Shown: piece after piece, positions 32,331 through 45,790 of the stretch
Position numbering within the stretch: position 1 is the stretch's first letter
How the letters are laid out: each line of letters begins with the position of its first letter
NCBI RefSeq assembly: GCF_009914755.1
Contig: NC_060935.1
Direction: 5' to 3' (one strand)
Origin: the human T2T-CHM13v2.0 reference genome, Homo sapiens
Length of the DNA: 64,000 nucleotides
Program-made: the position numbers and the translations under genes
Notes under the pieces: generated by a model
Told to the model about the DNA's origin: nothing
Seen by the model: the letters and a program-made list of their open reading frames with translations, nothing else
The model's database searches: none

Positions 32331-34459
32331 TTATCTGAGATGAGGCACTCTTTGTGCTCACACCCCAGGGAACTAGGCTTAGAAGTGACTGAAATTAGGT
32401 AAAGAGTTATTTCTGGGGGATGAAGAGGGGTTGCAGTTCTTGATATTTGAGAAATTCTTCTGCTGGTAGAAATGAACATGTAACTTCATCATTTACTTCC
32501 TAGAATATTCTTCTTCACTCATTAGTGGATTCATTCACAGGCATATTTTGAGCATTGACTATTTTTTCCTGCATCATGCTATGTGCCTGAGTCCTAAATA
32601 GCTTTATGGTTTCAGAGAATGGTGGGCTTGTGAGTAAATAGATTTACTAAATGTTCCATGTGGAATGGCTTCAGAGAGTGCCTTCTGAGAAGACAGCCAT
32701 ATTGAATCCCATTTTCAATGGAATGAAGAAATGGCAACAAATAATAAAATACACTCTTCATGGGGTTTCTGAGGATATTAAATAAAGGAATATCTTAAAA
32801 TATTTAGTTGTTGGCTAAGATATATCTTATGATCAGTAATATTTTTTCTTCCATTCTAGTCACACTCTTGGTGCATCCTCTTCTTTCTGGGGAGGATAAT
32901 TGGCTCTTAGTTATTTTTCACACCTGCTAGGATGCCCTGGCTGCCTCCACAAAGCTCCTTCCAATGTGTGGCTTGGGGCAGGTGACTCAGTTCCCTGCCA
33001 TTTTCAGGGCTCCTTTCATATTATGCCAAGAGTTGTTTGCAGCCTACATCAATATATTTTATGTTTTCTCATCTCTGGTCTAACTCTTAGGGTGCCTACT
33101 AGTTACTGGATTGCTTCTCTTTTCTTCCCTTCAGTAAATTCCATCTAGCCCACGTTCTCTCACCCTCCCTTCTCAGATCCTCATCTTTCACTTCCGCCAT
33201 AAGTGGAGACTTGTGCCTCTGGTATATATATATATTTACCACATATTTCAACAGTCTCTAAGAGTCCTTTTACCTCTGGCCTGTATGATATAACACCAGC
33301 CTAGTTCTAACCTTATTTCTGAAGCCAGTACCACCCATAGATGTCTAATTCACTCACTGGCCTCAGACTGAGACTTCAGGAACAGAAACGAGCTCTGTGA
33401 TAAAATTCAGCCTGATGAGGGCCAGGAGTTGGGCTGTTTATCTTCTTTCAGAAGAACCCTTGAGGGAAGCACTTATGCCGCACTCTCTAGGGAAAGAGCT
33501 ATTTCCACCAGCCTTGCCCTCTTCCCAAGTGGGCTGAGTCTCTAAAACCACTTCCCACCTCCCTCCCTTCCTCCTGCTCCTTTTCTCTTTCGCTTTTCTC
33601 AAGATGCTCTGATACAAATCCTTTCCCACCTAATCTAGCCTTACAACAGCCTATTTAAACAAATGTTAAACCAATTTTTTAATAGGCATATAAAGTCTGA
33701 TGATTAATATGTGTTGATGATTTATAAAGGTATGTTCTTCATGAAAAGTATAATGTTGAAGTTATACTGATCTCCCTGGCTTTCATAAGTTTTAGCTTTC
33801 ACCGTCATGAATAATGATGCTTAACTCTGTTGCCTAAGATATATAAGTGTGCCTGCTTAATGGTTAGTAGAAAACATGTGAGTCGTGATTATTTTGGACA
33901 CATTTGTATTTCACTGTTTGTCTTGACTGTTTAGTTTTTTTTTTGTTTTTACTTTTTCTTAATTTTCAGTTTGACTGTGATGTGCCAAGGCATAGCTTTC
34001 TTTGTTTTTATCCTCCTTGATGTTTGCTTAGCTTTTTGAATCTGTAAATATATGATTTTTATCTAATTTGGAAAATTTTAGTAATTATTTCTTAAAATTT
34101 TTTGTCCCATTCTCTCTCACATTTCACTTTGGGACCCAAAGCAAACTTTTTTTAGACCTTTTGATATTGTTTCACCAGTACCTGTGCCCTATTCATTTAT
34201 TTTTCTGTTCTTTTTTCCTACTTCTTTAGTTGGGTAATTCTACTGATGCATCTCATATTTAATTATTAGGAAAGGACTACTTGGTCAAAGATAAATGCAT
34301 TTGTAGATTTGTTAGATATTAAAGATATAACACCATCAGGGTTGTGCCAGTTTTTCATTGCCACCAGCAATTCATGAGCATGTCTTTTCCCTCCTGACCT
34401 TACCAGCAGGGTATGTTGTCAAGCTTTCGAATATTTGTCAGTTTGATAGTTTGGTTGAA

Positions 34460-34790
34460 GTGTGGTTGAGCATCCACAAAAATGGCCACTAACAATTCCT
34501 CCCTCTGCTGAACACATGTGCCAATCCTCCATCATGACATGTTGTTTAATACTCATCTCCTGGAATCTAGGATAGCCTTATGACTTGCTTTGACTAATAG
34601 AATAAGGTCAAAGTTATGCATATGAATTCTGGAGCATATGCTTTCAGAGGCCTTGTAACTTCCATTCTGCCCTCTTTTAGGCCACCAGCCATTTAAATAG
34701 CTTATGACAGACAAATAAATAAGAGACCATATGGTGAGAGATGCCATTGAGGGCAACTAAGGCACAGCAGCTGACAACCATAAAGGCAAG
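34460..34790 (+). mobile_element. MLT1-type MaLR LTR fragment
   Basis: atggccactaacaattcctcc...gacttgctttgactaatagaat motif. Confidence 0.6.
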
Positions 34791-35104
34791 GATTTTGCTT
34801 TGTTTACTTATTTGCATTGTACACTTCAATTCTGCTTGGCATACTATAGGAACACAATAAATATTTATTGACTGAAAATATTACTGAATAAATAAACTGA
34901 TACTATGAATGATAGAATTATGTGACATCAGTTGCTGGATGTAAATTTTAAGGTGCTTAGGTACCATAACGCCTGGAGATTCTCCAGCTAGAGACATCTG
35001 GTAGAGCTTTGGAATGTTTGAATGGTGTAGGACGATGCCAGGAGATACTATTTGGGGCCTATCCCATTGTTCAGTTGCAGAAAAGCCTTTCTTAAAAATT
35101 TCCA

Positions 35105-35490
<386 letters not shown>

Positions 35491-35714
35491 TCAAATACAG
35501 AACATAATTCATCATTTACCCTCCTTTTGTCATTCTCTGCTCTTCTACCTCTGAGTCCTTATTCTTGATTTTTCTGCCAGGAATCTCCTCCTTCTTTGAC
35601 TGATTGGTGATGTGTACTTAGATCTCAAGAATCATCTGACATCTTAGCTCATTCATAGAGCATGTTGTAACCGTCCTTATACTAGGTAGTTTATGCTGAT
35701 ACTTTTTCTAATTA

Positions 35715-36440
35715 ATTTTTAAAATTGACAAGTAGTTTTATACAATATGATTCTTTGATATACATATACATTGTGGAATGGCTGAATTAAGCTATTAATA
35801 TATGCATTAGCTTACATAAATTTTTTTTGCAGTGAGAACACTTGAAATCTACTCTATTCCCATTTTTCAAATATATAATATATCATAATTATTGTACACC
35901 ATGGTGTACACTAGATCTCTTGTACTTATTATCTCTAACTAAAATTTGTGTCTTTTGACCAACATCTCTCCAGTCTTTCCCACCCCACAGTCTCTAGTAA
36001 CTACCATTACACTCTTTGCTTTTATGAGTTCAACATTTTTAGATTCTATGTGTAATGAGATCATGCTGTATTTGACTTTTGGTGCCTGCCTTATTTCACT
36101 TAACATAATGGCCTCCGGGTTCATCCAAGTTGTTGCCAATGACAGGATTTCCTTCCTTTATAAGGCCAAATAGTATTCCATTATGTACATATCCCACATT
36201 TTCACTATCCTTTCATATGCTGATGGTCACCTATGTTGATTTGATATCTTGGCTACTATGAATAATGCTGCAATAAACACGGGCATACCGATATATTTTT
36301 GAAATATCAGTTTTCTATCCTTTGAATATACACCCAGTGGTGAGATTATTGGATCATATGGTAGCTCTATTTTAAAATTTTCAGAAACCTCTATACTGTT
36401 TTCCATAATAGCTGTACTGTAATAATTTATATTTTGCCTA
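35715..36440 (-). mobile_element. L1MA 3' end
   Basis: L1MA 3' UTR and ORF2 tail (IELPYDPI). Confidence 0.78.
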
Positions 36441-38604
36441 CATTTATTTGTGACGGAATCTGGAAGACAGACAGACAACATTAGGAGTAGGAGAAGGCAA
36501 GTAACATGAGTTTCAAAGGAGTAGCAGCTTCTAAAAGAAAGTGAATGAGCATTAGTCTAGAACAAAGCCTGGAAAATGCTTTGCATTTGCAGTAAAAATG
36601 CTCCCCAAATGGGTGTACATCTTTAAAATATTAAGGGCTCCCATAGGTTCTAAATAAATGGCACCAAAGTGCTAATGGAGAAAAATACTTAATGAGGGAG
36701 CTTTGCTTTTTCATTTTTATTTATTTATTTTTTCACTCTGTACCATAAATTCCACAACGGCACCTGTCTTCACTCTTGTATATCAGTGTGCCTGGCACAG
36801 GGTAGGTTTCAAGTTGAAAAAATTTTGATTTCTCTGCAAAAAAGCTTTATAAATAATTATTAAAATATAAAAAATTTCTATCAATAATACCATACACAAC
36901 GTAAAATGAAAACGTTGCCATAACAATTTTCTTTTTGTGAATATCAAATATTTAATTAGAATAACCCAGAACACCTACAAAAGTTCATATATAAGTATAT
37001 TCATGACAGAATATTTTTAATAGAGAATAATGGAAGCTATATAAATGTTCAACGATAAGGGAAGGATGTAAACATATTGTGGTATGTCACCCATGTTAAA
37101 TATTTAGTCACCCATTTTATCTCAAGAAATATGTATAGAGTACTATGTACGTGGCATTGTGCTATACTGGAGACAAATGCAGCTGTGTTAATGAAGCTAT
37201 GTAGTGCTAAAAGTGTACTGTATTTGAGATTTCTGCTAAACAAGTAGATTTTAGCTACTCTTACCACAAAAACTAGCAAAAATTCAGTAACTATGTAAGC
37301 TAATAAATATGTTAATTTGCTTCACTTTAGTAACCATTTTACTATCTATCCTTATTCCATAACATCATGTTGTGTAACTTAGACATACACAATAAAATTT
37401 ATTTCAAAAAGTAAGAACAATTTCTTGAAATGGGAAAGAATAAAGGAGCTATGTGGGTCATAGAACATTTATTTCCATGAAAAATTTCTATATTATGAAA
37501 TTAAATAAAAGACCATGCTAAATATAAGACAACATAAAAATCAATAAATGGGGGGAAGCTTAGAAGGCTATCAGTGAAGATGTTCTATGCATTATAGAAT
37601 CAAAGCATTAGTTCCATAGACAAAATGATATAAATACATTTTAAATGGGCTTGATTTTGTTTAGCATTCTACTATGGTGCTGTCAATATAGTTAGCACTT
37701 AACCCATATTGGTCGAATTGGTGGAGAATGAGTAAATGAATGCTTGAGAAAATCTATAGGATTTCAGCTCCTAAAGTGTTTCTGTGCCTTCTGGAAGTCA
37801 GGGTTGAAGACGATGGTATGGAACGAGCTTTGGGGCCTTGCTGAAGGTCTCTAATCACATTCCCACTATCTGCCCTGACCTTCTCCCTCTGAAACCACCC
37901 TCTCACCAAATCCTCTCTCCTGGACTCATGGAGCCTCTCAAGCATGCTTTTCATGGTGGGCTCCCAGCATCCATGCAGTGAAAGAGTTAAGAGCTTTACA
38001 GTGATGTCACTGGAAGTAGAGGAACTCCTAGGGGAGAAGAAAGTCACGTGGATAAGACTATGCTCCCTGAAGATGCTGAGAGAAAGAATAGTTTGTCCTG
38101 CAGTTCCTCCTCCAGCTTGGTCCGCTGGTCACTGCACACAGTCTATGGTGTGGGGACACTCTGGGATCAAGACAGGGGCATGGCTCCAGTTGGCAACTCC
38201 TGATGACTGAGATGGGCTCTTTGGGGGTGAGGAGAGGTATAAGGTGGCACTGACAGCATAGCCTGGTGCTTCTGTGGGCCCTACCCATGGGCACGAACAG
38301 TGGGGTTTGACTGAGTGTAGGGATAAAGGAGGTGAGAGAAATATTGAGTTTATTGATGAGAAACAATGATGAATTGCCTTCATCATTTGGCCACTCTATA
38401 GAGGTCATATTTGGAATTCTCTATCCCGAGAACAGAGTCAGAGAGAGTGGACCAACATGTTACCACAGAAGATTTGTGGCCTCCTGGAAATACTATTGAA
38501 ATGAGAGGCAAGAGGCTTGCTTCTAGACTTCCTTAACTCATTTCCTCTGTAACCTTGGGAAAATTGCCTTCTTTTCTGGGGCTCTTATAGTTAGTTACGT
38601 GACA

Positions 38605-38805
38605 AGATTATTCTAAAGAAGGAGTTGGGAAACATTTTTGGTAAAGGCCTAGAGTAAATACTTTAGGCTTCAGAAATGGTCTCCACAAGAGCTCTCACAG
38701 ATGATATGTAAACAAATGGGAATGGTTGTGTTCCAATAAAACTTTATTTACAAAAGCAGGTAATGGGCAGGAATTGGCCCATAGGCTGAAGTTTGATGAT
38801 CCCTG
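38605..38805. mobile_element. MER58A-like hAT element
   Basis: ggtaaaggcctagagtaaatactttaggctt...gttccaataaaactttatttacaaaagcagg. Confidence 0.65.
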
Positions 38806-39234
38806 GAATTAAGTCCCAGCCCATATATTTTATGTCTCTCGCTCAAGGTTAGGAGGTTCAAGAGTGAAACTGGGGAAGCTCAGGGGTGTTGTCCTGTGAA
38901 TTGTGTTTCTGTGACAGTCCCCTCTTCTGGCATAGGCTAGGGATTTTAAGACTGGAGGCAGGGGTAAGAGGGAGTCAAAATGAGATGACTTAGATAAGTC
39001 ATAAATTCTCCGTGTGGGAGTGAGTTTGGTTAGTTAATGACTATGTGTGAATTTGTGAGGGTACATATATGCAGGAAATGTTAAAAGCATGCGTATGTGA
39101 AGTGTCAGAGTGAAGGGCTGTTTGTGTAAACTGTAAAAATGTCCGTATGTAAATCTTCATTAAAATTTGTGAGAGTGAATATGTGGGATGGTGAGTGTAT
39201 GAATGAACATGTGTGAAATATGCACCTGAATGGA

Positions 39235-39237
<3 letters not shown>

Positions 39238-39275
<38 letters not shown>
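39238..39275. repeat. (GT)n microsatellite
   Basis: About 19 uninterrupted GT units. Confidence 0.97.
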
Positions 39276-39277
<2 letters not shown>

Positions 39278-39689
39278 TTTCAGCTGGCAGAGCTGGAATT
39301 TGACCCAGGTAGGTCTGATTTGAAAGCTCTTATTTTTCCTATGTTCACTGTCTTACATGTTTTAGAAGTTGTGGCATAAATAGGAGAATTGGAGCAGAGT
39401 GGGGTGGAAGCCCAAGAAAGGCGGTTTAGGTAATCAATATAACAAAATGGAAGTTTTAAATACTGATGGGAGCTTTGCTAGCTACTAACAAGTTGTTTGA
39501 CTTTGGGCAAATTATCTGTCAGTTTCTTTGTGAATAAACTAGTGATAATTTCAATTTCACAGATTTGATGTGAAGATTAGAAATAATAATTATATATGAT
39601 ATGCAGTAGGTATTTAATGGTTGCTATTATAAAGCTAGGAAGTATTAGTAACAGAAATTGAAGATTATGAATGATAAGAAATGAAAAGT

Positions 39690-40950
39690 GACATTAGATT
39701 GGGCAATAGTCATGTGACAGATCATGACTATTTAGAGAAAGAAACTTTTGTGGCATGTTGGGGCTATCAGTACCATGGCAGTGGGTGAAGATCAAGAGGG
39801 AGGTGAGAGGATTACTGAAGAGAGAGCACATCCTTCCTTTTGTGACACTGAGGTGAAGGGGAGACAGGACACCCGAACATATTTGCTCAGTAAGAACGAG
39901 GAACAAAGAGAGAGGGAGAGGTTAAAATTACTGGAGAGAGACCAACTAATGGGGAGAGGTACTCAGAAAAAAAGAAGGGTTGGGCGTCAGTGCACAGATG
40001 GAGGGCTTAGCCTCCAGCAGGAGGAAGAGGAAAAGGACAACTTGAGTACAAATAAATTTGTAGGTGGCAGAGTAAAGGCGGTGGAATTTAAGGGAATTTA
40101 TAACTGCCGACTTTGTTTTTCTCCTTGAACCAGCAGTCAGGAAATCACCATCACCCGATGAATGGGATCGAGTGGCATAGGGCAGACATGAAGTGATTAA
40201 AACCTGGTCTGGAAAGGCAAATTCCAGCTCCATCATTTGCTAGCCCAGCGACCTTGGGTAGGGGTGCTACTTAAATTCTCAGAGCTCTGTGTGCTCCCCT
40301 ATCAGCAAAATGGGGGAAATGACAACAGTTATCTCAGGCTGCGGTGACTGTAATAATGCACATAAAGCCTGCAGCACAGTACCCCTCCTAAATGATCCCT
40401 GTCTCATTCTCCAGTCTCCTCCGTTCCCCATCCATCTTACACAATACTGCCGGAGAGAAAGCTACCTAAAATGTAAATTTACCATGCCATTCTCTCACTA
40501 CAGATCCTTCAGTGACTCTCACTACTTCAACATCAATCTAAAGCCCTTAGAGTAGGACTCAAATCTCTCAATGATTTGGCCCCTACTTCAGTCCCTTGTA
40601 TTATTTTCTACAATTTTATTATCCCTCTCATGTCCTCTTTGCACTAACCCTGCATCATTATAATTTTCCTCCAAACCCTATGTCTTTTCAGATCTCTATG
40701 ACTTCATTCAAGTTCTTCCCTCATCATGTTTCTTTACTTGGCGAACTCTTATTTATTCTTCAAGGCAGCACTCTAGCAAGTCTTTTCCGAATGCCTAGGG
40801 AGTTCTTCCTCTTTCCACAGCTCCCTGTGCTTAGCTTTTCTTCTACAGTGTGCATATTAGATAGGTAGCCATGTTGCTTGATTGTCTGACTGTCCCAAGT
40901 AGGTCTTCAAGAAACCATGCCTGGCACGTACTCAGTAAGGCGTATTAAAT
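39690..40950. mobile_element. L2 and MIR fragments
   Basis: MIR-like 40190-40385; L2 3'-end-like ccatgcctggcacgtactcagtaaggcgtattaaattga at about 40915-40950. Confidence 0.5.
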
Positions 40951-41393
40951 TGATAGGTAACTCAGTTGCCACTTTCCTTTTGAGATTCACATCACATTCT
41001 GGTGTTCAAAGTGGAAATTGAAGTGCTTGTTATTCGCAGCTTGTAAGCATTTACAACAACCTGAGACTGAGATCTATGGAATTCTAGAGCCAAAAATTTC
41101 TCTTTTACGAATAATGTAATCCATTCTGTCCCTAACTTTAGTTTTAAGGTGATAAAAGAGACGTCCAGAACAGGGAAGTAATTTTATTGAGATCACATAG
41201 TTCATGAATAGAATGGCAAAGAATTTTAGACCACATCCCCTGACTTCTTCAACAGGACCCTTTTCACTGCTCCATCCAGTGAAAAATAATCTGTTCCCTC
41301 CTTCCCTACTCCAACCCCATTCAGCTTCTTGGGAAGAGAGAAGAGGTAACTGCCAAATCCTACATACCAATGCTCAGGTGACCTTCCCTGGGC

Positions 41394-42339
41394 ATGACAA
41401 CCCACAACTCCACTGGTAGCAGCCACTCACTCTTCATTCTGCTGAGCATTCCTGGCTTAGAAGACCAGCACACATGGATGTCTCTCCCCTTCTTTATTTC
41501 CTACCTTGTTGCTTTCCTTGGGAACAGCCTCATCATCTTCATCATCATCACTGAATGCAGCCTCCACGAACCCATGTACCTTTTCCTCTGCATGCTGGCT
41601 GTGGCTGACCTTATCCTGTCTACTACCACTGTGCCCAAGGCCCTAGCCATATTTTGGTTCTATGCTGGAGCAATATCCCTTGGTGGCTGTGTTACCCAAA
41701 TCTTCTTTATCCATGCTACCTTCATCGAGGAATCAGGAATTCTGTTGGCGATGGCACTTGACCGCTATGTGGCCATCTGTGATCCACTGCACTATACCAC
41801 AGTGCTCAGTCGTGCAACAATCACAAAGATTGGCTTGGCTGTGGTCCTGAGAAGCTTCTGTGTGATCATGCCAGATGTGTTTCTGGTAAAGCGGCTGCCT
41901 TTCTGCCATAGCAATCTGCTGCCACATACCTACTGTGAGCACATGGCTGTTGCCAAGTTTGCTTGTGCTGATATTCATGTCAATGTTTGGTATGGCTTGT
42001 CTGTCCTTCTCTATACTGTAGTGCTAGATGCCTTGCTTATCTTAGTGTCCTATAGCTTCATCCTGTATACAGGCTTCCACCTCCCCTCCCCAAGGAGCTC
42101 GGCAAAAGGCTCTGGGCACATGTGGCTCCCACCTCAGAGTCATTTCCATGTTCTACTTGCCTGGTATTTTTACCATAATTACCCAGCGGTTTGGGCACCA
42201 TGTTCCTCTCCATACACACATTCTGCTGGCTAATGTCTGCGTGTTGGCTCCTCCCATGCTGAACCCCATCATTTATGGGATCAACACCAGGCAGATTCAA
42301 GAGTGTGTGCTCAGTCTTTTGTCCTCACAGAGGAAATGA
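41394..42339 (+). pseudogene. OR52B3P: Olfactory receptor 52B3 pseudogene (class I OR), single 1-bp insertion
   Basis: LHEPMY, MALDRYVAIC and HTYCEHM are in frame 1; KALGTCGSH and PPMLNPIIY are in the shifted frame. Span is 946 nt; removing one C from 42088-42091 gives 314 aa. Confidence 0.88.
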
Positions 42340-44027
42340 TGCTAGATTTGACTAATCTGATAGTATGTTTATCACTATAGGGCTTTGCTTTTTTTTTTTT
42401 TTTTTTTTTTTCCTACTTTGCAGAGACCTACGAATTAAGATTCCACTGACTATGGATAAAGTGACTGATCATGACTTTGAAAATCAGATTGTCATGTGAC
42501 CTTGAAAAGTATAGTGTTTAGGGAAGAACATAAGCTTTGGATCAGGATTAGGTTTGAATCCTGGCTTCCTTTATAACAGTGTGTTTGACCTTGGGTAAGT
42601 TACTTATTCTCTTAGAGACTCTTCCTGGCACATCCTTAGGGTGCCAGAAAAAGGACTATCAAAACAGAAATAACCAAATTAAACCATAAGAAAACTTTAC
42701 TTACTAGGGCATTACAGTTAAAACACTTAGATAGACTCTATCTTCATGTAATTAAGATTACATTAAGATTACTCTATCTTAATGTAATGTAATGTAATCA
42801 AATGATATATTTGATATCATTTGAAATATATTATTTTAAATTAGATATGGGAGGATATCATAATCATTGCATTTCTTGATTGTCTTGATTGTACATTTAT
42901 CATAGGCCTATGATAAAAATAAATAAAGTATGAACAGGACCTTGAATATACATGAGACAAAATAAGCAGTGGATACATTTTAAATTTTCTTTCTTTTCTG
43001 CTTTACTGACTTTATCTTTAAAATTGTAGTATAATATCTGTTTTTCCTAATTCAAAAGGAAGTTGTAGAATCAAAAGAGATTAGAAAATTCAACTAGTTT
43101 GTTTGAATTTTAAAGGGCAATATTAATGAGAATTAGAATTAGTGCTGATAGAGTCTTTCCTCATTTCTCAGGAGAACTTTTATGTGACATGCAAAGGTAT
43201 ACCTGGATTACTTGTTAGTGACTATTGGTGGGGGTAAAAGTTGAGATTCTATGAAATCTCTACTACTTGGTTTATTTTGGTGGAGACCAAGGGAAGTATA
43301 TCATCTATATAATGTATATCTCCAAGTATAAAGGTAACCTGATATCCCAAGGTATTCAGATTTTGAGAACTGAGATTATTTAGGTTGATATCATTCTGAC
43401 AGTCTCCTCTCATCAGTATATCAATGAAAGGGAGCAAACCATCATTTATACTGGTTAGCTCGAAGGCAGAAACATAGAGAAGCAGAAAAGCTGATTTTAT
43501 AATCTACCCTTCTTTTTCTTCATATTTCTCCATGAACCTAGCAAATACAAGCCCACCATTCCCCAGTACATCTCATTTGCATAAGCATGAATTCTCTTCC
43601 ATATTCCTGCTCCAGTTTATTACCCAAGGAACTGGTCGACTTTGTCATTTATCTTGATTTAGTTGTCATCTGAGGATTTAAGACCTGGGTCTTTTCTGTT
43701 CTTTTTATCTTTTCTTCATAGGATTCTTTTCTGTCCTATGTTAAAAGATAGACCATTACTCATCCTTAGAAGCAACTCTTTGATCAATAAAGTCTTTTCA
43801 AAGTCACTGACTTCTTTGTACAGTAACTAAATTTTTCATGAAATATTTAGTGGAAATGGTGCTGAGGGCAACCTGAGATTCTATTTTAGATAAGGAATCA
43901 GAGTTCCTGGAATGCTAGGGCTCTCTCACAGTCTACTGTGATTCAAGTTTAGAGCTTTATTGTTCCAACCTTAAAAACTTAAAGTATGCTGTCACCAGGT
44001 GATGCTGTTACCTCAGTCCTGGCTTTC

Positions 44028-44424
44028 ATATCAATCAGGGTTCAACTGGAGAAGCAGAAAGAGTAGTAGATATATATTAAGAGATTTATTGCAAGGAATT
44101 CACTTGCACAACTGTGGGGGCTGGGAAAGCAAGTCGTATATCCATAGGGCAGGCAGATGGAAGGTAGGCTGGAACTCTCAGGCATGAGTTAAAGCTGTTA
44201 TTCATAGGTGGAATATAATCTTCAGGGAAGCTTCAGTTCTGCTTTTAAGGCCTGATTGAATTAGGCCCACCCAGATTACATAGGATAATCTCCTTTACTT
44301 AAAGTCAAATAATTATGCACTTCAATCATATCTACAAAATACCTTCACAGCAACATCTAGGTTAGTTTGAATAACTAGGGGCTTATAGCTAGCCACCAAG
44401 GTGGCATATCAAAAGACCACCACA
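44028..44424. mobile_element. MLT2-type (ERVL) LTR
   Basis: tcagggttcaactggagaagcagaa...gagatttattgcaaggaatt...ggcccacccagatt...accaccaca. Confidence 0.7.
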
Positions 44425-45249
44425 CCTATTTAGATTGATATTCCTAACCCCATGTTCTCTTCTAGGAGTTGTATGGTTTCAGGTCTTAGATTTAAGTCTC
44501 AACTCATTTTGAGCAAAAATTCTTGAAGAACTTTTTAACTTTCTTGTGCACACCATCTCAGGCAAGGTGTCTCCAAAGTTTACTCCATACATTTTTACTA
44601 AGCATCTGCTAAATTCAGATGAATCTCCAACAAATAATTGAATACTATGGTAATTAATATAATCTATTTAAATATTAAAATATAAATCCCACAACATTAA
44701 GGTAGTTGCAAACATCTCTAAACTCCCTCACCCCTGCTTCTAGTTCCATATCATTATGTCCTCTTTGGAAAGAATAAGGGGATGCCCTTTCCTTCACCTT
44801 TAGGGATACAAGGAGAATGTTGATGAATATCATGTGGCAAGTATGGGGGATGTTGAGTGAAAACACATGGATGAGAAGAAGAAGATATAAGGGTCAAGTA
44901 ACCAGTGAGATCTTCCATAGACTTTGGATTAAAATATAGTTGCAATCTGAGCTGTAAGACTTTAGTTCATCTCTGCTTGGGAAGTGTTAGTTTAGTTAGG
45001 AACTTAGACAGGAAGATACAAGATGGGGCTCCTGGGGAAAGGAAGTAAGAATAGACTGTTGGGCCAACAGGAAAACTTCCCAATGTAGGGGAGAAGACTG
45101 GCGTGTAGGGCCTTCCACAATCTACCACAAGCGCATATGGAGCTGACATCTCCCATGTCATTATCTCTTGGGTACCTAAGGTTGGGTGTGGTGGCTGTCA
45201 GCACAGCACAGACTCCTAAGCAGTGAGGAATTATAGAAATGACACTCAC

Positions 45250-45512
45250 ATTTTAGCAGAATTCAGGCCCCTCCCATAATCCTAATCTTGTGGCCTTTCT
45301 TTAGGTTTTGGACCCTGAGCAAGGAGGGGGTTAGTTTTAAGAAAGGACTATTATCATCCTTGCTTCCAAGTTAAACTAGAAACTAAATTCCTCCCATGTT
45401 TAGCTTGACCTATGCCCAGGAATGAATGAAGACAGCCATCCTGTGAGGCTAGAAGCAAGTCGGAGTCAGCCACATTAGATTTCTCTGTCATAATCTTTAC
45501 AAAGGTGAGTTT
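45250..45512 (-). mobile_element. LTR8-like ERV1 LTR fragment
   Basis: Reverse complement reads cctttgtaaagattatgacagagaaatctaatgtggctgactccgacttgcttctagcctcacagg. Confidence 0.65.
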
Positions 45513-45790
45513 TCTTCAATTTTTTAGATTCAGGGATATATGTGCAAGTTTGTTACCTGGGTATACTGCATGATACTGAGGTTTGGGTATGAATGATCCT
45601 GTCACCCTGGTACTGAGCATAGTACCCAGCAGTTAGTTTTTCAACTTTTGCTCTCCTCCCTTCCTCCCTCGTCTAGTAGACCCCACTTTGTTGCCATCTT
45701 TATGTCCATGAGTACCCTGTGTTTGGCTCCCACTTATAAGAGAGAACATGTGGTATTTGGTTTTCTCTTCCTGCATTAGTTTGCTAGGAT
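45513..45790 (-). mobile_element. Older L1PA 3' end
   Basis: tcagggatatatgtgcaagtttgttacctggg...ctcccacttataagagagaacatg. Confidence 0.75.

Noticed and set aside
42790-42800. Isolated DUX-like TAATGTAATCA (also TGATTAGATTT near 17938)
   Set aside because: Single imperfect hits in AT-rich sequence with no promoter context
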